Source: Nitrincola iocasae (GTDB taxonomy: Bacteria; Pseudomonadota; Gammaproteobacteria; Pseudomonadales; Balneatricaceae). Taken from it: 24,000 nucleotides of DNA. Position numbers and translations under genes: made by a program. The stretch covers positions 1,762,518-1,786,517 of the forward strand of contig NZ_CP044222.1 in assembly GCF_008727795.1 (NCBI RefSeq), written 5' to 3'. Positions within the stretch are counted from its first letter, which is position 1, and each line of letters starts with the position of its first letter. The notes beneath the pieces were generated by a model. It was not told the DNA's origin and made no database searches. It saw only the letters and a program-made list of their open reading frames with translations. Of the stretch, positions 16,301 to 24,000 are shown piece by piece.

Positions 16301-16842
16301 AAGCCATGCTTGAGCCCCTGTATCAGAACCCTGAAACAGGGGAGGTCGCGTTGCTGTTGTTGCAAAGCAGTGGCTTGATCAAACAGGGTCGGACGCGCAA
16401 ATGGCACAATCACTTGCGCGGCTGGCTGATGCACCTGCTGGCTCACCAGAGCGGCCTGAAACTGACCACCTGGATTATGACCCCTGAAGGCAAAATTCGC
16501 TTTGCACCACTGGCGTCTGCGGAGCAGGCCCGTGCCTGTCTGGATCGTCTGCTACAAGCTGCACATGCAACACTGCAGGCGCCCACGCCTTTAAGCCTGG
16601 ATACTGCCATCGCCTGGCTGGCCAACCGGGATGACGCGGCTGTACCTGAGTTTCCAGAGGGTAAGCTCCAGACCAAACTGCTGGAGGCGCTGGATAAGAG
16701 CCTTCAGCAAAGCCGTTTCTTTCATCAGCACTGTACTGGTCTTGAACAGCTTTGGGCCGAAGGTGCATTTGTCCAGCATGCACAGGCGCTCTACGGTGAC
16801 TTTCATCAGGCTGTAACAGCGCAGAAGGAAACCCGCTCATGA
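13357..16842 (+). CDS. recC: Exodeoxyribonuclease V gamma subunit RecC
   Basis: The N-terminus MVIQGNHLEELRHLMV...EVILVQSNGIAQWLKLAL aligns with E. coli MLRVYHSNRLDVLEAL...EMILVQSTGMAQWLQMTL. The ATG at 13357 was therefore chosen over the ORF-track start at 13291. The stop overlaps the recB start (ATGA at 16839-16842). Confidence 0.95.
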   Translation: MVIQGNHLEELRHLMVSWTQHYPLKPLENEVILVQSNGIAQWLKLALAANSGDGAESGLGIAAGLQVMLPGRFIWQAYRQEFPQLPSASPFDKAPLTWRLLRLLSDLPALAARAPDPQVLQPLQHFLDQDPSVSRTWQLAARLADLYDQYQVYRADWLEAWLQGESVLITAAGERQPLKAEQAWQPLLWQWLNADIRQAHSEADFLSYASRSSVHQVFCQQLGEADANQPPTGFPRRIIVFGISSLPRQTLEVLEVLSQFSQVMLFVCNPSQHYWGDLIEGRELFKKAYQRNSERRVPDNLDEDQLHLHGHPLLAAWGRQGRDYLRLLDERDQPQSYQQHFERIDLFSSPGNETLLQQLQDDILELRTLSERQAMQIQVDVQDRSLSFMLAHSPQREVEILQDQLLAEFEAAQHSGEPLNPRDILVMVPDIQVYAAHIDAVFGKLDRDDPRYLPFHIADQGQRHKAPLLIALESLLHLPESRFSVTELLDLLDVPALRACFELDEVDLLSLKRWIQGANIRWGLDAEQREALDLPEGVSANTWRFGLKRMLLGYASGETSAWQGTVPYAEVAGLEAARLGPLVLLLDQLETAWHTLQQATHAGEWAARLQQLLQDFFVPQSELDQALLLKFEQQLTQWLEAIELAEASDLPLTLDVVREELLSGLDQPGLSQTFLAGSVNFATLMPMRAIPFRQVWLLGMNDGAYPRAVRPVDFDLMAQDYRPGDRSRREDDRYLFLEALLAAREKLVVSWVGRSARDNSVRPPSVLVGQLRDHLQSGWQGQTDDLLNELTIEHPLQPFSRRYFDQDAAAHAPFSYASEWLAVHQPISQAQSPLSLEPWQPETALSLSQLVQLMKQPIDSFYALRLQVPRTESIQVLRDTESFALDGLEVWQLRDRLLQSAILPAVDEDDFLQRVGDEVQRIQQEGLLVEGSLGQLQGQQLCQGLDAVYSDWLAERTEFSDALESQPVMYSAHSEWGVLSVEAMLEPLYQNPETGEVALLLLQSSGLIKQGRTRKWHNHLRGWLMHLLAHQSGLKLTTWIMTPEGKIRFAPLASAEQARACLDRLLQAAHATLQAPTPLSLDTAIAWLANRDDAAVPEFPEGKLQTKLLEALDKSLQQSRFFHQHCTGLEQLWAEGAFVQHAQALYGDFHQAVTAQKETRS

Positions 16843-19800
16843 GTGACAGCATTAATCGTCTGGATCCCTTAACCTTTCCATTGCAGGGCAAGGCTTTGAT
16901 CGAAGCCAGCGCAGGGACCGGCAAGACCTTTACCCTGGCACTGCTGTATCTGCGACTGGTAATTCAGCATGGCGGCGATCAGGCGTTTATACGACCACTG
17001 CTGCCACCGGAAATACTGGTGGTGACCTTTACCAATGCGGCGACAGCGGAGCTGCGTGAGCGTATTCGTGCAAGGCTGGTGGAAGCGGCGGGGGTATTTC
17101 AGGGAGCGACCACCAGCGATGCCCTGCTGCTGGCGTTGCTGCAACAACTGCAAGATGATCAACACCCGCGGGCAGCACGCCAATTAACGCTGGCGGCGCA
17201 GTGGATGGATGAGTCAGCCATCTCCACCATCCATGCATGGTGTTATCGCATGCTGAAAGAGCATGCCTTCGATAGCGGCAGTGCCTTTGATCAGCAACTG
17301 GAAACCAGCGAGCAAGCCTGGCAACAGCAGGCCAGTGAAGATTACTGGCGTTGTGCCTACAGTCAGTTGCCAGTGGAGCAGTTGGCCCTGGTGGTCGATT
17401 GTTGGGCATCACCCGATGCCCTGTTGAAACAGGTGAAGCCCTGTCTGGATAAGCTGGCGTATCTGGCCAATCCATCGGGGTCAGCCTTGCAGTTGATTCA
17501 GCGTTATCGGCAACAGCGCACGGCGCAACTGGATGCATTGAAGGCCGAGTGGCGGGCGCAGGATTATATCGGCCAGTTACAGCAATTGTTCGATCAGGCA
17601 GCTAAGCAGAAAGCCTTTCAGGCGAAAAAACTCAACAGTGGTCACCGTTCTGGCGTGTTGAACAAACTGAGCGACTGGCTGGCGCAGGCCTCACTGGAAG
17701 ATCCGGGTATTTTCGGGGGTAAAAGCTGGCGCGTTATGTCATCCGAGGGGATCAGTGACATCTGGGTAGATGCGCAACAGGCCCCGGTTGATCACCCAGC
17801 CTGCCTGGCCTTGTCCCAGTTAAAGCAGGTGCTGGCCGATTTGCCGGATCTTCAGCCTGAGCTGCTATGTCATGCGGCGCACTGGATTGCTGCACGGATC
17901 GAGAAGGTTAAGCAACAGGCCAACAGTCTGAGCCAGAACGATCTGCTATTGCGTCTCGACAAGGCACTGGCTTCCACCCAGGGAGAGGCGCTGGCCGCGG
18001 CGATTCGCAGACAATTTCCAGTGGCCCTGGTCGATGAGTTTCAGGATACCGACCCGGTGCAGTACCGTATTTTCCGTCGAATTTATCAGCAAAGCCCTGA
18101 TAACATGCCGGTCGGCTTCTTTATGATCGGTGATCCCAAGCAGGCGATCTATGCCTTTCGAGGCGCAGATATTCATACCTATCTGCAAGCACGTCAGGAC
18201 AGTGAAGGGCAGCATTACACCCTCGATACCAACTACCGCTCCTCGTCTGCGTTGATCGATTCGGTCAATGAGGTGTTCAGTCTGGCCGATCAACGTGCCC
18301 AAGGCGCTTTCCTGTTCAAAACCGGGGAGCGTAATCCGGTACCCTTTTTGCCGGTGAAGGCCGGAAAGGCCGACTTGCCGGGAATGATGCTGGACGGGGA
18401 GCAAGCCCCTGCACTGCAAGGCTGGCTGGTTGAGCAAACAGATGACAAGCTCAATAAGGGTGATGCACGTGAGCGACTGGCACAACTGACTGCCGCCAAG
18501 ATTACCGAGTTACTGATACAGGGGCAGCAGGGAAACGCCACGCTGCCCCTGGCAGAACAGGGTGGCTGGCGCGCGGTGCAACCAGCGGATTGCGCGGTGT
18601 TGGTGAATAATCTCGGTGAAGCCACGCGTATCCGGCAGGCGTTGCAGCAACTGGGGGTCGCCAGTGTCTATCTTTCGGACCGATCCAGTGTGTTTCAGAC
18701 CTGGATTGCCAGCGAACTGTTACAACTGCTGCGTGCGGTGTCTGACCCCTTGAATGAGAAGCGCATTCGTACCGCGCTGGCCAGTCCGTTGTTACGCCCT
18801 GATATTGCCTCATTGGAGCGACTGAATCAGGATGAGTTGTACTGGGAAAGTCACTCAGGTCAATTTATAACCTACCACCAGATCTGGCAGCGTCAGGGTA
18901 TTCTGCCGTTGATCTATCGCCTGATAAAGGATTTCAATATTGCCCAGAGTGCCGGTCAGCGGCCGCAGGGTGAGCGCGAGTTAACCGATCTGCTGCACCT
19001 GGGTGAACTGTTGCACCAGGCGGCCGATACGCTGGATGGTGAGCAGGCATTGATACGTTATCTGGAAGAGTCGATTCAGGAACCGGATGAACAGAGTGAA
19101 GCGCAGCAGTTGCGTCTGGAAACGGATGAGCAACTGGTGCGGGTAGTCACCATCCACAAATCCAAAGGTCTGGAATATCCCTTGGTGTTTTTGCCCTTTA
19201 TCAGCGATAGCCGACAAGCCAAAGCACAGGATACCCTGCTGGTCACCCATAACGCCGATCAGCAGGTTGAAGTGCATCTGCGTGCTAATTCTGAAAACCT
19301 GGCGCAGGCTGATACTGAGCGTCTGGCAGAGGATTTACGCAAGCTCTATGTAGGCTTGACGCGGGCACGTTTTGTCAACTGGATAGGCCTGGCTGAAACC
19401 GATAGCTTTGCCGCATCTGCGCTGGCCTATGTGCTGGACGCCAACTCAGGCAATCTGGCTGAACCGTTAAAACAACTGAAACATCTTAGTCTGCAGGTCC
19501 TGTCAGAAGAGTCGACAGAACAGCCGCCGGAGGTCTGGCAACCGGACAGCCCTGAAGTGGAACTAAGCGCCAGAGCAGCACCGCGACTCAGCCATGAGCC
19601 CTGGTGGATTGCCAGTTATTCTGCATTGAAACATGGCACCACGCAGGTCAGTGAAACCGCCTGGCAGGAAACGCTGCTGGAAACCCAGGATGCAGAGACC
19701 GACGCGACAGACCGGCTCGATCCCTTGGCAGCACTGGATCTGCACGGCTTACCTAAAGGCAGTCAGATAGGTACGTTCTTGCACAGTCTGCTGGAGTGGG

Positions 19801-20543
19801 CTGCGGCGCTGACTTGGGTCGACAGTCAGGGCGTACGCCAGCAAGGGTTTGCGGGCGTGTTGGAGCCGACATTACAGGCAAGCTGTTTGGACTATCTGAC
19901 CCAGCGCTGTCAGCAGCGCCAACTGCAATCCTGGAGCGAGCCGCTGCTGCAGTGGTTACAGCAGTTCATCCGTCAGGACTGGCAGTTTCCACAGCAGTCG
20001 GAGCCGGGAGCGGCGCCATTCAACCTGGCTGCTCTGTCGCCCCAGCAGTTCAGTGTCGAGCTGGAGTTCTGGTTTGCCAGCCATCAGGTAAGTACCTTGA
20101 AACTGGATCAATGGGTGCAGCAGCGCACGCTGGCAGGGCAGGCGCGACCGCCACTGGCCGCCAATCGTTTAAATGGCATGCTCAAAGGTTTTATTGATCT
20201 GGTGGTTGAACACCAGGGGCGTTACTATGTAATAGACTGGAAATCCAATTGGTTAGGCGTGAATGATCAAGCTTATTCTGAAGATGTAATGCGTCAGACT
20301 CTACTGGCAAAACGCTATGATCTGCAATACCTCCTGTACCTGCTAGCACTGCATCGGCAGTTGCGCTTGCGCTTGCCGGATTATGATTATGACCGGCATA
20401 TCGGGGGGGCTGCCTATGTGTTTTTGCGCGGCTATCGTGCCGCCTCTCAGGGGGTGTTCTTTGACAAGCCGGATCGTCAGGTGATTGAGGGGCTGGATCG
20501 GTTGTTTGCCGGTCAGACATTGACGGATGAGGTGCTGGCATGA
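16839..20543 (+). CDS. recB: Exodeoxyribonuclease V beta subunit RecB (SF1 helicase plus PD-(D/E)xK nuclease)
   Basis: 1234 aa. Contains LDPLTFPLQGKALIEASAGTGKTFT (Walker A), VDEFQDTDPVQYRIF, GDPKQAIYAFRGADI, VTIHKSKGLEYPLVFLPF, and the nuclease motif GFIDLVVEHQGRYYVIDWKSNWLG. Collinear with E. coli RecB. Confidence 0.97.
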   Translation: MSDSINRLDPLTFPLQGKALIEASAGTGKTFTLALLYLRLVIQHGGDQAFIRPLLPPEILVVTFTNAATAELRERIRARLVEAAGVFQGATTSDALLLALLQQLQDDQHPRAARQLTLAAQWMDESAISTIHAWCYRMLKEHAFDSGSAFDQQLETSEQAWQQQASEDYWRCAYSQLPVEQLALVVDCWASPDALLKQVKPCLDKLAYLANPSGSALQLIQRYRQQRTAQLDALKAEWRAQDYIGQLQQLFDQAAKQKAFQAKKLNSGHRSGVLNKLSDWLAQASLEDPGIFGGKSWRVMSSEGISDIWVDAQQAPVDHPACLALSQLKQVLADLPDLQPELLCHAAHWIAARIEKVKQQANSLSQNDLLLRLDKALASTQGEALAAAIRRQFPVALVDEFQDTDPVQYRIFRRIYQQSPDNMPVGFFMIGDPKQAIYAFRGADIHTYLQARQDSEGQHYTLDTNYRSSSALIDSVNEVFSLADQRAQGAFLFKTGERNPVPFLPVKAGKADLPGMMLDGEQAPALQGWLVEQTDDKLNKGDARERLAQLTAAKITELLIQGQQGNATLPLAEQGGWRAVQPADCAVLVNNLGEATRIRQALQQLGVASVYLSDRSSVFQTWIASELLQLLRAVSDPLNEKRIRTALASPLLRPDIASLERLNQDELYWESHSGQFITYHQIWQRQGILPLIYRLIKDFNIAQSAGQRPQGERELTDLLHLGELLHQAADTLDGEQALIRYLEESIQEPDEQSEAQQLRLETDEQLVRVVTIHKSKGLEYPLVFLPFISDSRQAKAQDTLLVTHNADQQVEVHLRANSENLAQADTERLAEDLRKLYVGLTRARFVNWIGLAETDSFAASALAYVLDANSGNLAEPLKQLKHLSLQVLSEESTEQPPEVWQPDSPEVELSARAAPRLSHEPWWIASYSALKHGTTQVSETAWQETLLETQDAETDATDRLDPLAALDLHGLPKGSQIGTFLHSLLEWAAALTWVDSQGVRQQGFAGVLEPTLQASCLDYLTQRCQQRQLQSWSEPLLQWLQQFIRQDWQFPQQSEPGAAPFNLAALSPQQFSVELEFWFASHQVSTLKLDQWVQQRTLAGQARPPLAANRLNGMLKGFIDLVVEHQGRYYVIDWKSNWLGVNDQAYSEDVMRQTLLAKRYDLQYLLYLLALHRQLRLRLPDYDYDRHIGGAAYVFLRGYRAASQGVFFDKPDRQVIEGLDRLFAGQTLTDEVLA

Positions 20544-22567
20544 AAGCGGATAGCGAAGCGTCATTGAACTGGCTGAATCTGTTACATCAGCAAGGAAAGC
20601 TCCGTGCACTGGATCTGGCATTGAGTCGTTATATAGCCGAGGCCGCGCCTGAGTCAGATCCCTGTGTGTTGCTGGCGATTGCCCTGACCAGCGAGCGCAA
20701 CGGTCATGGTGATGTATGTCTGGATCTGATCGGTGCCCTGACCCATCTGGAGTTAGCCGCTGGACCCGATGCGCCGGCATTGGCCAGTATCCTGCAGATG
20801 CTTCAGTCGGTGAGTCCGGAGAGTTGGTGGGCGCGTTTGAGTCAGTCTGCGGCAATTCAGCGGCTTGCATCGGATGGACAGAGTGACCAGCCGGAAAAAG
20901 CCACGGCGCCCCTGGTGTTATCCGGATCATCGGAGCGCCCGATACTCTACCTGCGCCGTTACTGGAACTATGAACAACAGGTTCGCACTGCGCTGATGCA
21001 GCGCATCGATCACTGTTATGACTTACCGGAAGCGCCGATGGCGGCCTTGTTGAACAGCTTGTTTCCACCATCGGCTGAAACAGCGCAGCCGGATTGGCAG
21101 AAAATTGCCTGTGCCTTGTCAGCACGGCGTGGCTTTGCCGTGATTACCGGTGGTCCCGGAACCGGGAAAACCACTACGGTGGTCAGGCTACTGGCGCTGT
21201 TGCAGGCCCTGGCGCTTCAGCAGGCGCAACCCGTATTGCGCATAGCCCTGGCTGCACCGACGGGTAAGGCCGCGGCACGCCTGAATGCGTCGATAGCGGC
21301 TCAGGTAGCTAATTTGCCCTTGGCTGCTTTGAGTAAAACACCCGAGCAGCTGGAAGCCGCGATTCCGACTGAAGTGACCACACTGCACCGGCTGTTAGGG
21401 CCGATACCGGACAGCCGTCGCTTTCGTCATCACCGCAGCCAGCAGTTGCCGGTCGATCTGGTGGTGGTTGATGAAGCCTCCATGGTTGATCTGGAGATGC
21501 TGGCCGCGCTGGTCGATGCCCTCAAACCCGGCGCACGTTTGATTCTGCTGGGAGACAAGGACCAGTTGGCCTCGGTTGAAGCCGGTGCCATCCTCGGTGA
21601 TTTGTGTCAGCAGGCATCACTGGGCCGCTATCAGGATGAAACCGCGCAATGGTTGGCAGGCGTCACCGGGTATTCACTCGATGCGCGCTATCTTAGTGAG
21701 ACCGGGCGACCACTGGATCAGGTGATTACCATGTTGCGCCAGAGCCATCGCTTCAGTGAACAGGGCGGCATAGGCGCCCTGGCACGTCTGGTCAATGATG
21801 GACAGCTCTATGACCAGCCAGTTGAAGATCGTCTGCAGGCGTTGGATCAACTCTTTACCGAACAGCAGGATCAGATAGATAGACTCAGCGTCAGTCATGC
21901 CTCAGATGCATCCCTGGCTCAGTTGATTATTAAGGGCTATCAAACCTATCTGCAACAGCTTCAACAAAGTCGACCGGCTTTGGCGGCCGGGCTGGCAGCC
22001 CATGACCTTTGGGCTGCTCAGGTACTTGAAACTCATACTGGCTTTCAGTTGTTGTGCGCGGTGCGCGAAGGCCCCTGGGGTGTTGAGCAGTTGAATCAAT
22101 GGATCACTCGCACGCTGGCCGGGGCCGGATTACTGGAAGGCAGTGATGCACTCTGGTACGAAGGGCGACCGGTGCTGATTACCCGCAACGATTACAGCTT
22201 GCGTCTGATGAACGGGGATATCGGCATTGCCTTAATGCGCCCTGTAGAAAATTCCGACGGTTCGATCACCTCCGCATTGCGGGTGGTTTTCCCCGCCGTC
22301 GATGGGAGCGTACGCTGGGTCATGCCAAGTCGTTTACAGGCGTTGGAAAGCGTGTTTGCCATGACCGTACACAAATCCCAGGGCTCCGAATTCAGCCACA
22401 CCGCGCTGGTGTTACCGGACCAGCCCAACCCCGTACTCACCCAGGAGCTGATCTACACCGGCATCACTCGCTCTCGCGAACGCTTCACCCTGATCCACAG
22501 CCGCGATAGCGTACTCCGGCACGCCCTGGAAAAACGCGTAACCCGCCTCAGCGGCCTCCACCTCTAA
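20540..22567 (+). CDS. recD: Exodeoxyribonuclease V alpha subunit RecD (SF1 5'-3' helicase)
   Basis: 675 aa. Contains Walker A VITGGPGTGKTTTV, Walker B VVVDEASMVDL, LILLGDKDQLASVEAG, and the C-terminal TVHKSQGSEF. Its ATG overlaps the recB stop (ATGA at 20540-20543). Confidence 0.95.
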   Translation: MKADSEASLNWLNLLHQQGKLRALDLALSRYIAEAAPESDPCVLLAIALTSERNGHGDVCLDLIGALTHLELAAGPDAPALASILQMLQSVSPESWWARLSQSAAIQRLASDGQSDQPEKATAPLVLSGSSERPILYLRRYWNYEQQVRTALMQRIDHCYDLPEAPMAALLNSLFPPSAETAQPDWQKIACALSARRGFAVITGGPGTGKTTTVVRLLALLQALALQQAQPVLRIALAAPTGKAAARLNASIAAQVANLPLAALSKTPEQLEAAIPTEVTTLHRLLGPIPDSRRFRHHRSQQLPVDLVVVDEASMVDLEMLAALVDALKPGARLILLGDKDQLASVEAGAILGDLCQQASLGRYQDETAQWLAGVTGYSLDARYLSETGRPLDQVITMLRQSHRFSEQGGIGALARLVNDGQLYDQPVEDRLQALDQLFTEQQDQIDRLSVSHASDASLAQLIIKGYQTYLQQLQQSRPALAAGLAAHDLWAAQVLETHTGFQLLCAVREGPWGVEQLNQWITRTLAGAGLLEGSDALWYEGRPVLITRNDYSLRLMNGDIGIALMRPVENSDGSITSALRVVFPAVDGSVRWVMPSRLQALESVFAMTVHKSQGSEFSHTALVLPDQPNPVLTQELIYTGITRSRERFTLIHSRDSVLRHALEKRVTRLSGLHL

Positions 22568-22579
22568 GAAGAAAGGCGC

Positions 22580-22598
22580 GGCCTCCTTTCAGGAGGCC
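22580..22598. terminator. Candidate bidirectional hairpin between convergent recD and mfd (GGCCTCCT-TTC-AGGAGGCC)
   Basis: A perfect 8-bp GC-rich inverted repeat with a 3-nt loop, 13 nt after the recD stop. It overlaps the mfd stop codon (22589-22591). There is no clean T-tract on the + strand and only a TTTCTT run on the - strand side. Confidence 0.35.
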
Positions 22599-24000
22599 AG
22601 GGCTGTCAGGAGGGCTTCGACTTGTTTGAAGCGCTCTTCGATGCTTTCCATGGGCAGGGTGAAGCGGAGTCCGGAGGGGCCGTCCAGTTTGAAGATGCGC
22701 GGTTGGCGCTGGATCATCTGGATGAGTTTGATCGGTTCAACTTTGGGTTCAGCGTCAAATTCGATTTTCCCGCCTTTATTGCCGACATCCAGTTTCTGTA
22801 TTCCCAGCACTTCGGCTTGCAGTTTCAGCTCTGTAAGACGTAGCAGGTTTTTAGTGGCTTCGGGTAGCAGGCCGAAGCGGTCGATCATTTCCACCTGGAT
22901 CTCGCGCAAGGCATTGGCATCGCGTGCATTAGAGATGCGTTTGTACAGCATCAAGCGATTATGTACGTCCGGCAGGTAATCATCCGGAATCAGTGCAGAC
23001 AGGTGCAGATTGACTTCACAGCCGTGGTTCAGCGGTTTGTCCAGATTCGGTGTTTTGCCGTCACGGATGGCTTCAACGGCTTGCTCGAGCATTTCCATAT
23101 ACAGGCCAAAGCCTATCGTCTGCATCTGACCGCTTTGATCTTCACCCAGCAATTCACCAGCACCACGGATTTCCAGATCATGCGTGGCGAGGGTAAAGCC
23201 TGCGCCCAGTGTAGAGGCTTCGGAAATGGCTTCGAGACGCTTCTGCGCATCATCGGTCATATTGCGCTTGTCAGGCGTTAACAGATAAGCGTAGGCCTGA
23301 TGGTGGGAGCGACCGACACGGCCACGCAACTGATGCAACTGCGCCAGGCCGAATTTATCTGCACGCTCAATGATAATGGTATTGGCGTTGGGAATGTCGA
23401 TACCGGTTTCGATGATGGTGGTACACACCAGAACATTAAAGCGCTTGTGGTAAAAGTCGCTCATCACCTGTTCCAGTTCGCGCTCACGCATCTGTCCATG
23501 ACCCGCTGCGACACGGGCTTCTGGCACCAGGGCGTCAATTTCAGTAACCACTTTGTCGATGGTTTTGACTTCGTTGTGCAGGAAGTAGACCTGTCCACCG
23601 CGTAACAGCTCACGCAGTATGGCTTCTTTAAGCAGCGCAGGATCTGATTGGCGGACAAAGGTTTTCACCGATAGACGGCGAGCCGGCGGGGTGGCGATGA
23701 TGGAAAGGTCGCGCATGCCGGACATGGCCATATTCAGGGTACGTGGAATCGGTGTGGCCGTCATGGTCAGAATATCGACTTCTGCGCGCAATGCTTTGAT
23801 CTTTTCCTTCTGCTGAACACCGAAACGGTGCTCTTCATCGATAATCAGCAGGCCCAGGTTTTTGTAAGTCAGACTACCTTGCAGCAGCTTGTGTGTACCA
23901 ATCAGAATATCCACCTGACCGTCACTCAGTTGTTGGGCAATGACTTGCTGCTGTTTGGCGCTGCGAAAACGCGAGATGAGCTCTACATTGATTGGCCAGT
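22589..24000 (-). CDS. mfd: Transcription-repair coupling factor Mfd, C-terminal part (gene continues beyond the window end)
   Basis: Translation is nearly collinear with E. coli Mfd (DILIGTHKLLQ, IIDEEHRFGV, LTMTATPIPRTLNMAMSGMRDLSIIATPPARRL, HGQMRERELE, QLHQLRGRVGRS, DLEIRGAGELLG). The frame stays open upstream of the track's internal start at 23914 through position 24000 (…RFRSAKQQQVIAQQLSDGQVDILIG). Confidence 0.95.
   Translation of the reverse strand, partial: WPINVELISRFRSAKQQQVIAQQLSDGQVDILIGTHKLLQGSLTYKNLGLLIIDEEHRFGVQQKEKIKALRAEVDILTMTATPIPRTLNMAMSGMRDLSIIATPPARRLSVKTFVRQSDPALLKEAILRELLRGGQVYFLHNEVKTIDKVVTEIDALVPEARVAAGHGQMRERELEQVMSDFYHKRFNVLVCTTIIETGIDIPNANTIIIERADKFGLAQLHQLRGRVGRSHHQAYAYLLTPDKRNMTDDAQKRLEAISEASTLGAGFTLATHDLEIRGAGELLGEDQSGQMQTIGFGLYMEMLEQAVEAIRDGKTPNLDKPLNHGCEVNLHLSALIPDDYLPDVHNRLMLYKRISNARDANALREIQVEMIDRFGLLPEATKNLLRLTELKLQAEVLGIQKLDVGNKGGKIEFDAEPKVEPIKLIQMIQRQPRIFKLDGPSGLRFTLPMESIEERFKQVEALLTALAS

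Noticed and set aside
15310-18485. Several 140-180-aa antisense ORFs inside recC/recB (15310-15738, 16475-16924, 17029-17538, 17946-18485)
   Set aside because: Same reasoning as above: they are shadow ORFs of GC-rich conserved genes with no start context or motifs.
20343-21125. 260-aa antisense ORF spanning the recB/recD junction
   Set aside because: It lies fully inside strongly conserved recB/recD coding sequence on the opposite strand. Its Pro/Ser/Ala/His/Arg-rich, low-complexity composition is typical of antisense frames in GC-rich genes, and I recognise no motifs.
23912-23914. ORF-track start of the 441-aa - strand ORF as the Mfd start
   Set aside because: It is an internal GTG (Val in …GQVDILIGTHK…). 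The Mfd frame stays open to the window edge, and the helicase motifs upstream of this point are expected beyond 24000.
1-24000. Defence island, prophage or integrative element as the hidden system
   Set aside because: I saw no integrase, phage structural, restriction-modification, Cas, toxin-antitoxin, NTPase/nuclease-effector or retron-like genes. Apart from the RAYT, every sizeable ORF has a plausible housekeeping or metabolic assignment.

Overview
This 24-kb chromosomal segment reads as gammaproteobacterial: Mfd, RecB, RecC and RecD align closely with the E. coli proteins as I recall them. Gene order, left to right: (1) A tandem REP-like doublet at 19-60. (2) On the - strand, a GTDC1/QTMAN-like (DUF3524) glycosyltransferase and a secreted DUF4399 protein. 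(3) A tight seven-gene + strand string: SDR, zinc-free MDR/quinone-oxidoreductase-like protein, proline-racemase-superfamily protein with Ser/Thr at the two catalytic Cys positions, PuuA-like gamma-glutamyl-amine synthetase, PuuB-like FAD oxidase, group-1 glycosyltransferase, acylphosphatase. (4) On the - strand, a bacterial alternative oxidase and a periplasmic-SBP/PAS/GGDEF/EAL c-di-GMP sensor. (5) A RAYT (REP-associated tyrosine transposase) gene bracketed by inverted copies of the same REP motif. (6) 19 nt downstream of it, a compact recC-recB-recD operon. (7) The 3' part of mfd, convergent with recD and running off the window. I found no tRNA or rRNA genes, CRISPR array, prophage or integrase genes, toxin-antitoxin pairs or recognisable defence genes. 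I do not see a clear-cut new multi-gene system. The best leads are the REP/RAYT unit fused onto recCBD, REP copies forming the 3' ends of two genes, a bacterial homologue of the animal queuosine-tRNA mannosyltransferase, the Ser/Thr proline-racemase variant coupled to an oxidoreductase inside an incomplete Puu-like cluster, and the bacterial alternative oxidase. All functional calls rest on motif recognition by eye; no database search was run.
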